Notes: generated by a model from the sequence alone, not told the origin. DNA of 64,000 bases from Basidiobolus meristosporus CBS 931.73 (GCA_002104905.1 MCFE01000355.1:1-64000), one strand, 5' to 3'; positions 50,901 through 64,000 are shown, counted from the stretch's first letter. Numbers and translations: made by a program.

Positions 50901-51997
50901 AGTGATTCAGATTGGAGTAAGAATCTGACTGACAGACACTCTACCACTGGGTATGTATCTCTTTATGCTGTGGCAGCTATTACTTGGAATTGCAAGAAAC
51001 AACCAGCTGTGGCCCTGGCTATAATTGAAGCTTACTCTATGGCTGCTTGACACGCTACTAAAGAGGCTCTATTGTTACAAAATTATTCAAAGACGTAAAT
51101 TTTAATTCCAATAAAGCAACATGTATCTACAAGGATAATCAAGGCTGCATGTTATTATCTAAAAGTCCTACTAATCCCACCAGAACTAAGCAAATTGATA
51201 TACAAAATACTTTGTGAGGGGAGCTGTAGAAACTAACTTAGTAGAGTTAGTTTACTACCCAACTATTAAAACAGTGGCGTGAATATTGACCCATCCATTA
51301 GCTAGGCAACAGTTTAAGAATATCAGAGAGGAACTGAGATCAAGCAATTATTTAGATGAGGGTGAGTATGAAATATTGGAATGTTTAGTATCATTTGGCA
51401 GCTAAAAATTTACCTAACAGTTCTGGACTAGTGTTGGTCACTGTACAAATATCTTACAGTCCAAAATTTGTCACTTTCTTCAACTCTATCATCTATTGAT
51501 TATTCACCTATTGTCAAAATCAAGTTAGCACTTTTACCACCATGATGTACTAACCCTAAAACTGTTACAAAATGCCCCTGAATGTTGAGAAACCCTCCTT
51601 ATGTAGTGTTGCAGTTGTGTTACTTCTACAAAGGTATAGATACTAAGCTTCATTATGAATAAACAACAGGTCAACAATTTACAATGCTAGGTTAATCTGG
51701 GTCACTGTAGGGCTAATCTGCAGCCCCAATTCTGCCAGTTTACTCAGATCTATGATCCTATGATTATTCCCTTATAGTCAAGATAAAATTACCAATTTTT
51801 ACCAAACATTATGTACCAACCTTGAAACAGTTACAGAATGCTCATGAATGTTACGAAGCCCTCCTTATGTAGTGTTGCAGCTGTGTTACTTCTACAAAGA
51901 TATAGATACTGAGCTTCTTTATGAATAAACACCAGGTCAGCTTTTTTCACTATTTGCCAATAAGTTCCCTTTACAAATGATTAATTAAGTTGCAACA
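47957..51997 (+). mobile_element. Decayed Ty1/Copia element D2
   Basis: 5' LTR 47957-48325 and PBS-like GTTATGAGCCCC. Gag RFDGKNYRLWRIK; RT VKAAFLN and LKKLLYGLKQ; RNase H remnants. 3' LTR from ~51367 plus a partial tandem LTR to 51997. TSD not matched. Confidence 0.82.
48487..48852 (-). repeat. Solo LTR family C in Copia D2 gag
   Basis: TSD GAGA on both sides. Confidence 0.9.
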
Positions 51998-51999
51998 GA

Positions 52000-52600
52000 C
52001 TATAGTGAAGTGGAGGATGAACTTGAAGAAGACTCAGAACTTACATTTGATGTATTAGAAGAATACCTATCCCAGATGATCTCAAGCTCAGAAACACCAT
52101 TGTACTTGAAGGAGCAACTGATGGAATACCTGCCAAAATCATTATTTACTCAGCTTCATCACAGAAGCACATATTGGAGCAATTTGCCTTGAAAGCTGAA
52201 ATCAATGTGGAAACCACCAAATCAGCTGCAGTTTATAATATTATTCCTTTACCCAAGTTCCCCAGATAGTACTGACTCTTCTGTAGGAATAGAGAGATAT
52301 ATTTCTAGAAGAGCTTGTAAGTCTACCACCAGCCATAGAAGTAGATCATGTCATTAACCCAGCAGATAGCCTCCCACTGAGCAAGGCACCTTACAGGATG
52401 AGTCCTTTGGAAATGAAAGAGATGAAGAGACAAATTGATTAACAATTGGAGCATATGGACATCAGGCCCAGCAAGTCATATTAGGGAGCACCAGTGCTTG
52501 TGTGAAAAAGAAGGATGAAACACTTGGGATTTGCAATGACTACAGAGCCCTTAACTCTGCTGCAATTTAAGAAGTAATTTGGATAATTAAGGGTTTAGCC
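52000..52600 (+). pseudogene. pol: Gypsy pol fragment (pre-RT and RT N-terminus)
   Basis: APYRMSPLEMKEMKRQI and DYRALN. Confidence 0.75.
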
Positions 52601-52665
52601 CATTTCAATAGGTTCCTGATTTTCCTGAAATGCTAGTCTTCACCATTTCCTAATAGACAGCAATT

Positions 52666-53768
52666 AGACTTGTTCCGTTGTATAGTGCCACATTGAGCCA
52701 TGAGTGCCAAATGATGCCATAGTGTGCAAATGATGCCATAGTGTGCTAGGGAGGTCAAGTGAGCCTATACTTGGCAACAGAGAGTGAAACATAGCTCTGC
52801 ATCTGCATGCAAATGTTATGATCTGCCGCTTGAATGTTTAAGTTAGATCAGTTTTTAGTCAGATCATTTAGTATATGTTTAGGTTATCAGTATATCAGTA
52901 CTATCTATGAAATCAGTAGCATTAGTCAACAAATGAATCAGCAGATCCTTATCAGACAGAAATAGATATATTAAGTAGGATCTTATTGGGTGATGATGAT
53001 GCGATCAAATGAGTCATCAGCCACAACCTACATTAGGAAATACAATTAGTCAGCAATTGATCTGGCAAAATTTATATAAGGAGCTGCTGGAATCTCAATA
53101 AAAATCAGTTCAAGTTTTAGTGAATACAATACTAGCTAAACTCCCTATTCCTCTACAACTCTTATACCAAGACTTGTAACACAAAGCAGCCCCTGTGTTT
53201 CACCCATTGCTCTGGAGAAAATCCATTTTTGACCTTTTTTTTTGGATCAAAATGTTCAGGATGTGTGAGAGCACAGAAGGACTAAAGACATGAATCTGAT
53301 ACTCAATACCCATGGCACTCTAAATCTAGCTCCTGTGGTGTGTATCATGTCACAAAAAAGCATGGTACTATCTTGGACCACTGGTACTGTCAGGCACTCT
53401 ATTTAAATATTGGCCCTGAAGTAAAGCCTATATAAAGCACTTATAGTGCCAGATAGAACCAGTGGACCAAGTTAGTGCCATGCATTTTTGTAACATGATA
53501 CACACCACAGGAGCTAGATTTAGAGTGCCATGGGTATTGAGTATCAGATGCATGTCTTTAGTCCTTCTGTGCTCTCACACATCCTGAACATTTTGATACA
53601 AAAAAAAAGGTCAAAAAATGGATTTTTTCCGGAGCAATGGGTGAAACACAGGGGCTGCTTTGAATGCAGATGCAGAGATATGTTTCACTCTCTGTTGCCA
53701 AGTATAGGCTCACTTGACCTCCCTGGCACACTATGGCATCATTTGGCCCTATCTAATGGAACAAGTCT
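52666..53768. mobile_element. Fold-back MITE containing a solo LTR
   Basis: Both termini present; TSD ATT. Confidence 0.9.
52814..53181 (+). repeat. Solo LTR family C inside the MITE
   Basis: TG...CA, 368 bp, TSD CAAA. Confidence 0.9.
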
Positions 53769-53771
53769 ATT

Positions 53772-55400
53772 ATCTTACAAGCTTATTTCTAAGTTATTAT
53801 TTGGAAATATGTCATTTAGCAATATGCTAATTCTTGATAGATTAATAGATAAGTGGACTTCTAATTATATCAGCATTGATTGGATCACTGCTGTGCCAAT
53901 CAATATGTTTCCAAGATACACAGGATGTTCCTTAACACACTCCCACTTAGCTAGCCTGCCTTATAGCTTGCTCTCTCAGCTTCTTCAAGACCTTTTAATG
54001 TGCGTTAAGTGGTCCTCTTCTGTTGTGCTGTAAATCACTTTGTCTTCTTGGTAGATTACCACAAGCTGTTCTAAGTACCTCTCAAAGATGGTTTGCATCA
54101 ATGTTATAAATGTTGCAGGAGCATTAGTGAGGCCAAAACTAATGATCAGGCACTTATACTATCCATATCTGGTCATGAATGATGTCTTGTGGATATTTTC
54201 CGGCCTCACCCTTATCTGATTGTATCCTGAAATGAGGTCAAACATGTTGAAAATGGTGGCTCCATGAATGTGGTCCAATGGATGGGGTAATGATTATTCA
54301 CATTAACTGAGCTAAGGGCTCTGTATTCAATGCACATCCTGAGTGGTCTGTCCTTGCTCCTCACAAAAAGCACTGGTGCTCCCAAAGGTGACTTGGTGGG
54401 CCTGATGTATACATGCTCCAATTGTTGATCAACTTGTCTCTTCATCTCTTTCAATTGTGATAGACTCATCCTGCAAGGTGTCATGTTCACTGAGGGGCTA
54501 TCTTCTATGTCAATGGCATAATCCACACCTCTAACTAGTTGTAGGCTCACAAGCTCCACTGGATACACATTTGGGTCTTCCCTAAGCTGAGTCTGGGCTT
54601 TCCAAAGAGTTGGAGTAGATGAATCCTTATCTGGCAGGTAGTAGCTCATAGGCCTGGTTGACTATTTTGATCTAAGTGGCATGAGTTTTCCCATTGATTG
54701 ATGGACTACAGTTGAATATTCATGCTTTTACAAGTACCAGGTCTAGTTTGCATTTTCCAAAAAGGTAGGTTTATAGGCCTTCTTCATTGTATATTATCTG
54801 TGTACTTACTGGCTTAGTAATATGGTTGATTATGTGAGCATTCCCATCAGCTGTTGAAAATGAAGCTGATAATTAGGTTCCCAATTGATTTGAGCTTTAA
54901 ATGTAAATTGTTCTGAAATTTACTTAGGTAATGCCTCAAAGTCAACCATAATCCTTGTAGGTACCCCATGGATTACTCCATTCAAATATTATGGTTTTTC
55001 TGAGCTGGAGGTTATTTGGGATAAGTATACTTCTGTCATATGAAAGGTGAGTTTGGAGTGTTCTTCATGTTCAACCTCTACTTCACCATACTCTTAGGCT
55101 TTAATTTGATTGAGGGTTACTGCTTACTGGTGTTCTTTTTCTCCCTGAGGGGAGTACTTTGAGATGTGCCCATGCAGAGTACAGTTGAAATAAAGACCTT
55201 TCTTCTTGCATTCCTGTGGGCTGAGATTCCTCTGCATAGTGTCTATTACCATAGGCACTACTTCTGATTGTTTTTTTTATGGTGATTGTAGCTTTCCTGA
55301 TCAGTATGGGAAGTCAATCCCTCTTTGATAGATCTTCACATCTATTTGCAACACTTTCTTTTATTTATTAGATGTTGATCACTACACCTATCTTTGACAG
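53772..55400 (-). pseudogene. Decayed Gypsy gag-RT fragment
   Basis: PCRMSLSQLKEMKRQV, SPLGAPVLFV, RMCIEYRAL, FGLTNAPATF; CCHC remnant near 55150-55200. Confidence 0.75.
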
Positions 55401-55479
55401 TTAGGATTAGGCAGTACTTTTACACAACCATAGCATGAGCTGTTACACGTGACCAGCAGCAACTTATTTCTGGGGAGCT

Positions 55480-58306
55480 GACTGACAATGGCCTGCTAGA
55501 AGTAACACCAGCACAGTAGCCTTTGGTATGTACAAGAATATTTAAGTGCCTGGCACTTCAGGCCAGTTCTGTAACATTGCCTGGAGTATTTTGGCATGGT
55601 CAAGCTCCAGCATTGCACTCATCATAAGATGATGTACTTAGTGCTGGTGTTTGGGAAATAACAATGTGTGTGAATTATGGAGTAAATACCCTGGAACTCA
55701 CATATTCAACAGCCATACCATCCATTGTGCCCAGAAAAGCCTGCTATGTTGCTGATGGCTGTGGTATCTCCAATGCAGATAACAATATGCACTTTTTCAA
55801 GACAGCCATTTACTGTTATCCTGCTTGAAAGCATATAAAGTTTATCCAGCAATAGATACAGGTAGCTATCCTGATTGTATGGTGATTTAGGCTTAGATAC
55901 CAATGAGACTACCATCAGACTTTGGCTCTGATACTGTAAGATAGGTGACATATTCTCTACATTATCTCTGTGGGAAGAGGATGTTTTTAGTGTGGGAGTT
56001 CAGGTATTCATAATGTGTGTGAGTGATGGAGAAAATCCCCTGGATCTCACACATTTGAAAGCAATACTATTCACTGTACCCAAAAAAACCTGCCATCTTG
56101 CTGATGTCTGGGGTATTGCCAATGCAGCTGATAATCTGTGCTTTGATATGATGGCCACTTTGTAGTGTCTTGCTGGAAAGCATACAAGATTCTTTCCCCA
56201 ATGGATACAGGTAGGTGTCCAGGCTGGATGGAAATTTAGGCTTATATAATAGTGAGACTGTTGAAATATTGGACTATTTGGTATCATTCAGCAGCTAAGA
56301 ATTTACTTAACAATTCTAGGCTAGTCTTAGTCACTGTAGGACTCATTTACTGCCTTAACTTTGCCACTTTCTCCAGATATATGATCTTATGATTATTCCC
56401 CTATAGTCAGGATCAAATTAGCACTATTACCAAACATCATGTACTAACCCTGAAACTGTTACAGAATGCTCCTGAATACTGAGAAACCCTCCCTACTTAG
56501 TGTTGCATCTGTATTACTTCTACCAAGGTATAAATACTGAGCTTCTTTATGAATAAACAACAGTTCAACTATTATCACTATTTCTTGATAAGTTCCTTAT
56601 ATCCTAATCACTTCTTAAATTGCCACAGAGACTTCCATCAGATATCTACTCTGATACAGTAAGAATGGTGGCAGATTAAGGTAAGTGAGAATTGATGACC
56701 AACAGAATTTGCTGGTACAGTACTTGTTTAATGAGGGTTCATTAAGTGCCAAGACAAAGGCATAGCCATATATACCTTTGAAGTTGCCCTTGCTTCCTGG
56801 TTGTGTGTAATTTTTGCCATCAAGTATATTGGAAATATTTGGGCTTGATTGACACTGTGTGCAGTATTTTGTAACTTCAAAATATTTGCTGGAATGAATG
56901 AGCATCATTGCATGGGGTATTACTGGAGTATATTTGGAGTGTGAGCAATATTTTCCTCCAATGTTGGTAGATTCCTGACAATTTGAATACCTTACAATGG
57001 TGGCATTCTCAGATGTGAAAGCCATGCAACTGTGGACACATGCTGGACTCACAATGGCCTTTTGGTCATATACTGCCAGCCACATGCCAGTTGTTCATTT
57101 GTACCATGATTGTAGTAAGTAGCATCTCAAAATGATTTTGGCATGAGGTGGTAATAAATCCTCAAAACCCCCATTACAATTTTTTGAGGAAATATACCAC
57201 CACTCTAGCCACAACTTCCCATCACTCACTAGTACCTGGATTACTGGGCTCACTTTGCTTCATAAGATATCCTTGGCATTTTTCTATGGGTGTTGTCTCA
57301 TTGAATATTGGGATATGGCCAGGCCTATGCAGTGTGCTGTTGTTAGGCAAGGTAGGTTTGTAATCCATCAGTGAGCAGTCCTCTACAGAACTGTCACTCT
57401 GTGTGCCATATTCAGAAGGCTGAGGTATTCCCAAAGGCATAGCAAACTCACCTCACTAAGTTTGAGCAAGGTGACAAATGCAGCTAGGTGCCAATATAGA
57501 AGTAGCAAGTGGCCAGCAATATACTGTTAGTAGAGTAGTGACTGATGAATGGCCAAATATGACTTATTTGGCAAGCACTGGCTGTGATCATTGTAACTCT
57601 TCCTAAGCTGTCTGCATGCTTCATGGCTGAGAGTCTTGCTAAAAAAGCTGCATAATCTTTTTTTTCTTCTCTTATGGCATTGAATCAAAGCAGTCTTCTT
57701 CATGGGCCAATATTTTTACACTTAACAACATAACACTATTATAGCACTTTTTTGTCAAACTTGTGTGAATTGAAGACAGTCTTGTATGAGAGAAATTACA
57801 CCCACTAGAAGATAAGATCCAATGATGACCCACCATAGTTAGCATTATAAATATAGTTGGGGCACCACATATACATATATATGTAACTCTTCTTTCCCTT
57901 TGGATTGACTCAGTACCACATATATGCCATTAAAAAATAAAGCAGGGTCATCAGCCCCTCAACTAAGCCCCACTGTTGACTGCAGAAGAGGAATGGTTGG
58001 ACAACAATTTGTGTTGAAAATCATTGCAACAAACAGAACCACATCCAAAAAATGCCATGTTGAAAGTGTGCCCACTGAAGGTATCTCATGGAGACTCCTC
58101 AGGCTCTTGGCAAAGTAGGCAGTTAAAAATATCTGTGAAGCTGCAAGCTGACCTTAATGCTCTGGCAAATCAAAGCGTACAAATCTGGTGTGCAAAACTT
58201 ATCAACAGTCTTTGCAAGGTGACCTAATGGGATTAATACCTCTTAGTCATGGGACTTTCATTTTGTGGCGGTCTTTTGAGAGAATCATCACAAGTATTTT
58301 TCATAG
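55480..58306. mobile_element. CACTA fragments (transposase on -), with an internally deleted ORF2 and ORF2-side terminus near 58306
   Basis: A transposase segment occurs twice (~55700-55950 and ~55960-56250). MPLKNKAG... ORF2 start at 57924. TTTTTCATAGG end. Confidence 0.7.
56259..56627 (+). repeat. Copia solo LTR (family D)
   Basis: 369 bp, perfect TSD GAGAC. Confidence 0.92.
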
Positions 58307-58309
58307 GCA

Positions 58310-59600
58310 ATGTACCTTCTATATTTTGCCTGCCATTGGAAACCTCTTCAACAGCACTCAGCCACACTTGTCCCCATGCATAAACTGCATTAGGTACTTT
58401 TGTGATGCTTCTTGGTACATATCAGTCTTTTGCATATGGCCTACAGAGTGATAAGCCTGAAGACAGGGCTCACCAATGGATTGTCAGCCTATCTCACCTC
58501 ACAATAGTATGCTGTATAAGCCTGGCAAATCCAAATATGCATTGAGACAGCTGCCATGGAAAAAATGACATAGATGCTCTATGGAACCAGGTGAGCCCAG
58601 TATTCTATCTACTAGTTAATGATGAATTGCTGCAGCTAGAGAAATGATGTGTTTTTCCCAATATCAGTCATGGTGGCTTTGAGGATTTATTGCCACTTCT
58701 TGCCAAAAGCATGCTTGGATGGCACTTGCCATGTACTTGGTACAAATGAATAACTGTCATGCAGCTGGCAGCATATGACCCCAAGACTGTCCCAATACCA
58801 GCATGTGTCAACAGTTGCATGGCATTCACATCAGAAAAAGCCACCATTGTAAGGTTTTAACTTGTTGGGGCCCACTACCATAGGAGGAACATCACTCACT
58901 CTAGAGATATTCCAATATCACACTGTCTAAAGAAGCTCATGCAGTACCCCAAATATTGTGATGCTATAGAGCATCACACTTTGTATTAGTAAAGCAGAAA
59001 CAATCCCATTATATTACATGAAAAACATTGCAAGCAACTAAGAAGCAAGGGCTATTTGAAGGTATGTATGACCTAGACTATGCATAGGCACTTGATAAAC
59101 CCTGAGTGAGTAATTACTCCATCAGCAAATCCTGCAAGATTGTGATTTTTATCATCCTGAATATGTTCTTGATCTTATGAGACCAGAGCAGAAATCCAAT
59201 GGTAGTCTCATTGGCATCTTGGTCTAAATTGCTGATTCACCTGGATAGCTACATGTGTCCATAGCTGGATCACTAATGTTTCCACTGCCACAGGATATCA
59301 CTAAGTGGTCTTCATGTCAAAGTGCATATTTTTTTCTGCATTTGAGATACTCAAGCCATTGGCAAGAATGCTGGCTTTTCTGGGCACAATGAACAGTACT
59401 GGTGTTAAATTTGTGAGATCCCATGAATTTACTTCAAAACCTGCACACATTATTATTATCCAAACACCTGCACAAAAAACATCATCTTCCCCCAGAGAAA
59501 GCATTCAGAGGTCTGCAGGCAATAAGCCATTGACCAGATTATTTACTCAATCAAAATCAGAGATATGTTCTAAAGACGGATTATTTGGAGTAAAATCTTC
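58310..59600 (+). pseudogene. CACTA transposase N-terminal and central fragment
   Basis: Collinear with ~32300-33250 and ~61050-62150. Confidence 0.65.
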
Positions 59601-62600
59601 TCACCATTTGCATTAAATCCTTACAATATACAAGGGCTTTTTCTAGAGCACTGCTCTTGAAGAAGTGCTGTTACCATTTGCTGTGTGTGTTGTCACCTCA
59701 AATTTCCACAATAAAAATTGCAATAGGCTGTTACATTCTTGAAATTGTTGCTTTGTCAGACAGTGGGGTCTCTACTTAGCCTACAATGGAGAGCATTGAG
59801 GCTGTGGTAGACACACTGTCTTTCTCTGCAAACTCATCTACCTCACTGGAGTGTTGTGCAACTGGCTCCACTTCCTGCTCTTAAGAAAATAGCAATTGTC
59901 TTCCTGGCAATTCTGCCTGTTCTGGACTTGTGGTGCTGATTGATGAGAGCTGCAGCTTTTCTCATGCTTCCCTGTGTCTGGCTTGTGTAGACTTATTCAT
60001 TTGCCTTTGACTTTCTTTGGCCTACTTGCTCCTTACCTGCACTCTTAGAGCAATCTGGCATTTGCTTACCACTAGTCTTGTGCTTTCAGCCCTGGTTTTT
60101 ATGGGCTCCTGAGGAAGCCATGGGTTTTTATCACTACCAGGCCCTTTGCAACTACTTTGATTGAGTGCTGCTTAAGTGGAATTATGCTTTTCCTCCACAG
60201 GTTCTGCACTGGTGCATCTGCCACTGCATGCTTGCCATTTTCTGGTACTCTTTCAGCTACCTGGAATTTCTTGGCTGCTTGTTTAGAACTTTTGGCATTG
60301 TGTGTGATAGGCTTAGATGGGGCTGCTGACTTATAGCCATGACACCATTTTTTTGCCTTTCATAGCTTCTGCTATTCTTAAGATACTTAGATAGTATACC
60401 AATACCAGCCCAACATCTCTTTGCTGGCTTGAATCCAGCATAATGCTTATGAAATAACACAAGTGCCTTTTGCTTGGCCTTAAATTCTTGATGGTCTCAT
60501 GGTATGCCAGCCTTAAGGTGATGACATGCTAGGCTGCTTATTACCTATTGAATACTAGCCTGCTCTTCATCATTGCACTCAATGGCATCAGAGATCTTCA
60601 ATATTGTTTGATTTTTATGGATTAGTATAAACACTACATTTTGTCACTCCCATGCTGTGATAGGCTTTGCTGTAGACTTTATCTTTGGGCACTGCTGATG
60701 TGCTTCAAAGAGTGTACAGTGTTTCTTTGCTGTAACATTAAGAAATGGCTCACTTTTTGGCTGTGACACTGTGCTACTTGAGCTCCTTTTTTGCAGCAAA
60801 GATACTGCTTTCTTTACCTGGGATATTGATTGCTCCACACCTTGCCTGCATGAGTATTGACATATTGTAACAAGCTTCTCAGCTGTGATGTATGCAGAAA
60901 GCTTAGGAAGTATTTTGAAGATCCAGCCAATGTCTTGCCATACAAGTCATATTTGAGCATTTATCCCTCTCTGCTGTATTAAAAGTCTGTTTCTGGCTAC
61001 TTGACACTTGCATAACAACACCTAGCTGCTCTTATCACCTTGTGCAAACTGAGTCAGATGAGTTTGTGATGCCCTTTGGCCAATATTGCCCTCTGAATAT
61101 GGCTTGCAGAGTGATAGCTATGAAGAAAAAGGCCCACTGATGGATTTTAACCTATCTCCCCTCAAAGCACTATCCTGCACAAGCCCAGTACAATCTAAAT
61201 ATTCACTGAGACTACAACCCTGGAAAAAAATACAAAGGATACTCTTTGGGGCCATGTGAGTCCAGTAGTCCATATACTGGTCAATGATGGATTATTGTGG
61301 CCACAGAAGAGTCATGTTTTCATCAACATTAGTACTGGGAGCTTTGATGATTCAGTGCTACTTCTTGCCCAAATCATTCCAGCATGCCACCAACTGTGTA
61401 CATGGTATAAATTATCAACTGTCTTGCCAGTAGCAACATATGACCCAGAGACCATGCCAATACTTGCATGTGTCAACAGTTGCATGTCATTCACATCGGT
61501 TAATAACACCAATCCAAGGGGTCCAAATTGTAAGGGATCCACCACCATAAGTGGAAAGCATTGTTCATACTCCAGATATATTCCAGTAACACCCCATCTA
61601 AAGAAACTCATGCATTCCAATGAATGCAGTAAAGTAACACAGTATCTCTTGCAGTTACAGTTCTACTTAATTGATTGCAAGCTATGCAAATATCTAAGAA
61701 GCAAAGGCTATTCAAGATAAGTATGCCCATACCTTTGCCATGGTGCTTGATGAATTCTCTTTAAATAAGCACTCTACCGGAATATTCTGCTGGCCCCTAA
61801 TTCTCATCAACCTGAATCTGCCACCAATCTTACAGTATCATAGCAGAAATCCAATGGTAGTCTCTCTGTAATCTGGACCTACATTATTATTCATCCTGGA
61901 GAGCTACCTATATCCATTGCTGGATGAATTTTGTATACTTCCAGATGTATACTGGTAAATTACTGTCAGGTCAGAGAGCATATTATTATCTGCATTGTAG
62001 ATGCTGTTGCAATCTGCAAGAAGGAGGGTATTTGCAGACAAAGTAGATGGTTATGCTGTGAAATGTTGGAGATCCTGAGGATATACCCCATTATTTACAC
62101 ACAGAGATATTATCAAACACCAACACTAATGACATCACTGCCCTGTAAGGAGAATAGACAAAAGATTGCAATCAATATTCAGACACAAATGAGACAATTA
62201 GATGCAAGGGCTGGATGAGCTAGATATTTACTTCTTCAGGTGGTCTTCCAAAGCCATTTCTACAAAGAGTACATTGGAAGCATTGGGAGTTGTATGTTAA
62301 CATTAAACAAATACTCATCTAAACATGAATCACCAATGACAACTTGGAGCATCTATAGATTCTATGCAAGGAGCTGGTGAGAGGATTTGAGTGGCTATAC
62401 TAGATACATTAAGCTGAACATGTAGATCTCTGCTACCACTGCATACAACCACTACTCTATTTTGATTGGTGTGTGGAGAGTATTGGATCTTACTTGACCT
62501 TTTGGAAGTTTTTCATGGAGTGGATATGTATAGCAATTGTGAGACAAGTCATGTTGCTGGTACTGAGATATCCCAATCTCATCAAGAATTTTACTTTCAT

Positions 62601-63087
62601 GTCTGCTATGGATGTGATGAGATTGATGTAAAAGTCTTGGAGATATTGGAACTGACTGCAAGGAACAAGTAGAATATGTAGTGTTGACAGAATAATATAT
62701 CAAATGTAAAAGTATTGTATATACTTCTATATAATCTGGGCATAACAGACAAGTGGAATGGTTTTAGAGAAGCCCTAAGAGCATATGTGCAAAGCTTAGG
62801 GCTGTTTGGACAACTTATATGATTTCATGTTTTGGATATCTGATCCTTATTGGAAATAATTTGGTCTCACAGTTAGATCTGATCCAGATCAGCCATCAGG
62901 ATCTTACTACTTGACTGTGATAAGGCCAGCCACTTGGAATTGTTGACCCCCTACACAATCATATAATGAGATTGTAAGAGTGTTTTCCTGACTTTACTGC
63001 TTAATAGAGTAAAAAGCTTCACAGTGTTTTAGCAGTTTTTTGACAAGAACTGCATGGCATTCCAACAGTCTTAATGTACTCTTGATT
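59600..63087. mobile_element. CACTA copy, decayed (ORF2 on -, transposase on +)
   Basis: ORF2 at 59600-60860 and transposase at ~60900-63085; same motifs as copy 3. Confidence 0.75.
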
Positions 63088-63090
63088 ATT

Positions 63091-64000
63091 AGACTTGTTC
63101 CATTGGATAGTGTCACATAGTGCCAGCCTGTTTATGGTGCCGGATCAATTGGGCACAGGTACCTGCCTAATGTAGAAGTATTTACATCAAGTAATCCTAC
63201 ATAAAGTGAGGGATAACTTATGCAATAAGGTAAGTAGGTGTGATGGTCAGCTGGCTAATGGTATTATGTTGATCAAGTAAGACAAATGTGATCAAACTAA
63301 AATATTAGTAGTAGAAAGAGAGTCCATAGTGCCAGATTGGTCTGGCACTCTGCGGCACCATCTGGCACTATAATTTCTACAATGATGCCAGTGGTATGAT
63401 ACCGTTACTGGTAATTTTACTCAATCTTACTTATGTTGCTCAGAATAGTGCTTTCCTTGCTTTATTTACTCTTCATAATGTTCCAGACACATTTCTCTCA
63501 GTGGATGTCTTCTTGTATGAACATACTGTGCATTAATAAGTATCTTAGCTATTTTACCTATTCTGCTGTTTTCTCCTATATATGACTTTCCTCTGTATTT
63601 ACCTGCCAATATGCTGAATCTCTTCAGATATCCAAATGTGTGCTCTACCCTTATTTTGAAATGATTAAATATCTCATTGTAGAGCTTCTGATTCCTGCTA
63701 AGCACACCATTCCTTGGCTTCCTATAAGCTGTAATACATCCTAATCTCTGACAATCCTCTCCTATATAGGCTAAGTCTGCCATACATTTCTCTCCTCTAC
63801 TGAATTCAGGATGATTCTCTACCCAGAGTGCTTTGTCATGCCTACTTCCAGCAAATGGCCCACTAAACCAGATGATGTTACCCTCAATGTCAGACAGTGC
63901 TTGAAACTTCACACAGTGTGCCTTGTACTTGCCAGAATAAAAGTGCCTCTGCCCTCTAGAAGGTCTGTTAATCCTCACTGGGAAGGTATCCAAAATACTT
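63091..64000. mobile_element. PHIS copy 4, runs off the window
   Basis: AGACTTGTTCC preceded by ATT; ~175-bp foreign insert at ~63150-63325. Confidence 0.92.
63466..64000 (-). CDS. PHIS DDE transposase, C-terminal part (5' end beyond the window)
   Basis: Open frame near-identical to 7496-8380. Confidence 0.9.
   Translation of the reverse strand, partial: SILDTFPVRINRPSRGQRHFYSGKYKAHCVKFQALSDIEGNIIWFSGPFAGSRHDKALWVENHPEFSRGEKCMADLAYIGEDCQRLGCITAYRKPRNGVLSRNQKLYNEIFNHFKIRVEHTFGYLKRFSILAGKYRGKSYIGENSRIGKIAKILINAQYVHTRRHPLREMCLEHYEE

Noticed and set aside
53530-54033. 167-aa ORF
   Set aside because: It runs across a MITE arm into antisense Gypsy sequence, so it is a chimeric chance frame.

Overview
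This is eukaryotic DNA, most likely fungal (inferred from the element families present). The whole 64 kb is nested transposable elements. I can support no host gene, rRNA, tRNA or CRISPR array. The oldest layer is a CACTA/EnSpm-type DNA transposon with a Tnp2-like transposase and a head-to-head second ORF; at least 7 decayed pieces are present, and one copy (24695-35645) can be reconstructed between 13-bp TIRs. Inserted into this layer: (i) a Tf1/sushi-type chromovirus (3722-18591) with a self-priming site and a -1 frameshift signal; (ii) a 3.6-kb Gag-protease-only LTR element plus related solo LTRs, all at CCG/CGG-containing targets; (iii) decayed Copia and other Gypsy elements; (iv) a recently active two-gene PIF/Harbinger-superfamily (PHIS) DNA transposon with AGACTTGTTCC termini and 3-bp ANT target duplications (Pangu-like), as five large copies plus a family of fold-back MITEs. 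Old repeats are strongly CpG-depleted, consistent with methylation-driven C>T decay. The most unusual signals: a CpG-free intact transposase next to a CpG-dense partner gene in the same element; apparent CpG-site targeting by one LTR family; and a ~260-bp cassette shared between different retrotransposon lineages. Boundaries of decayed fragments are approximate. All alignments were done by eye.
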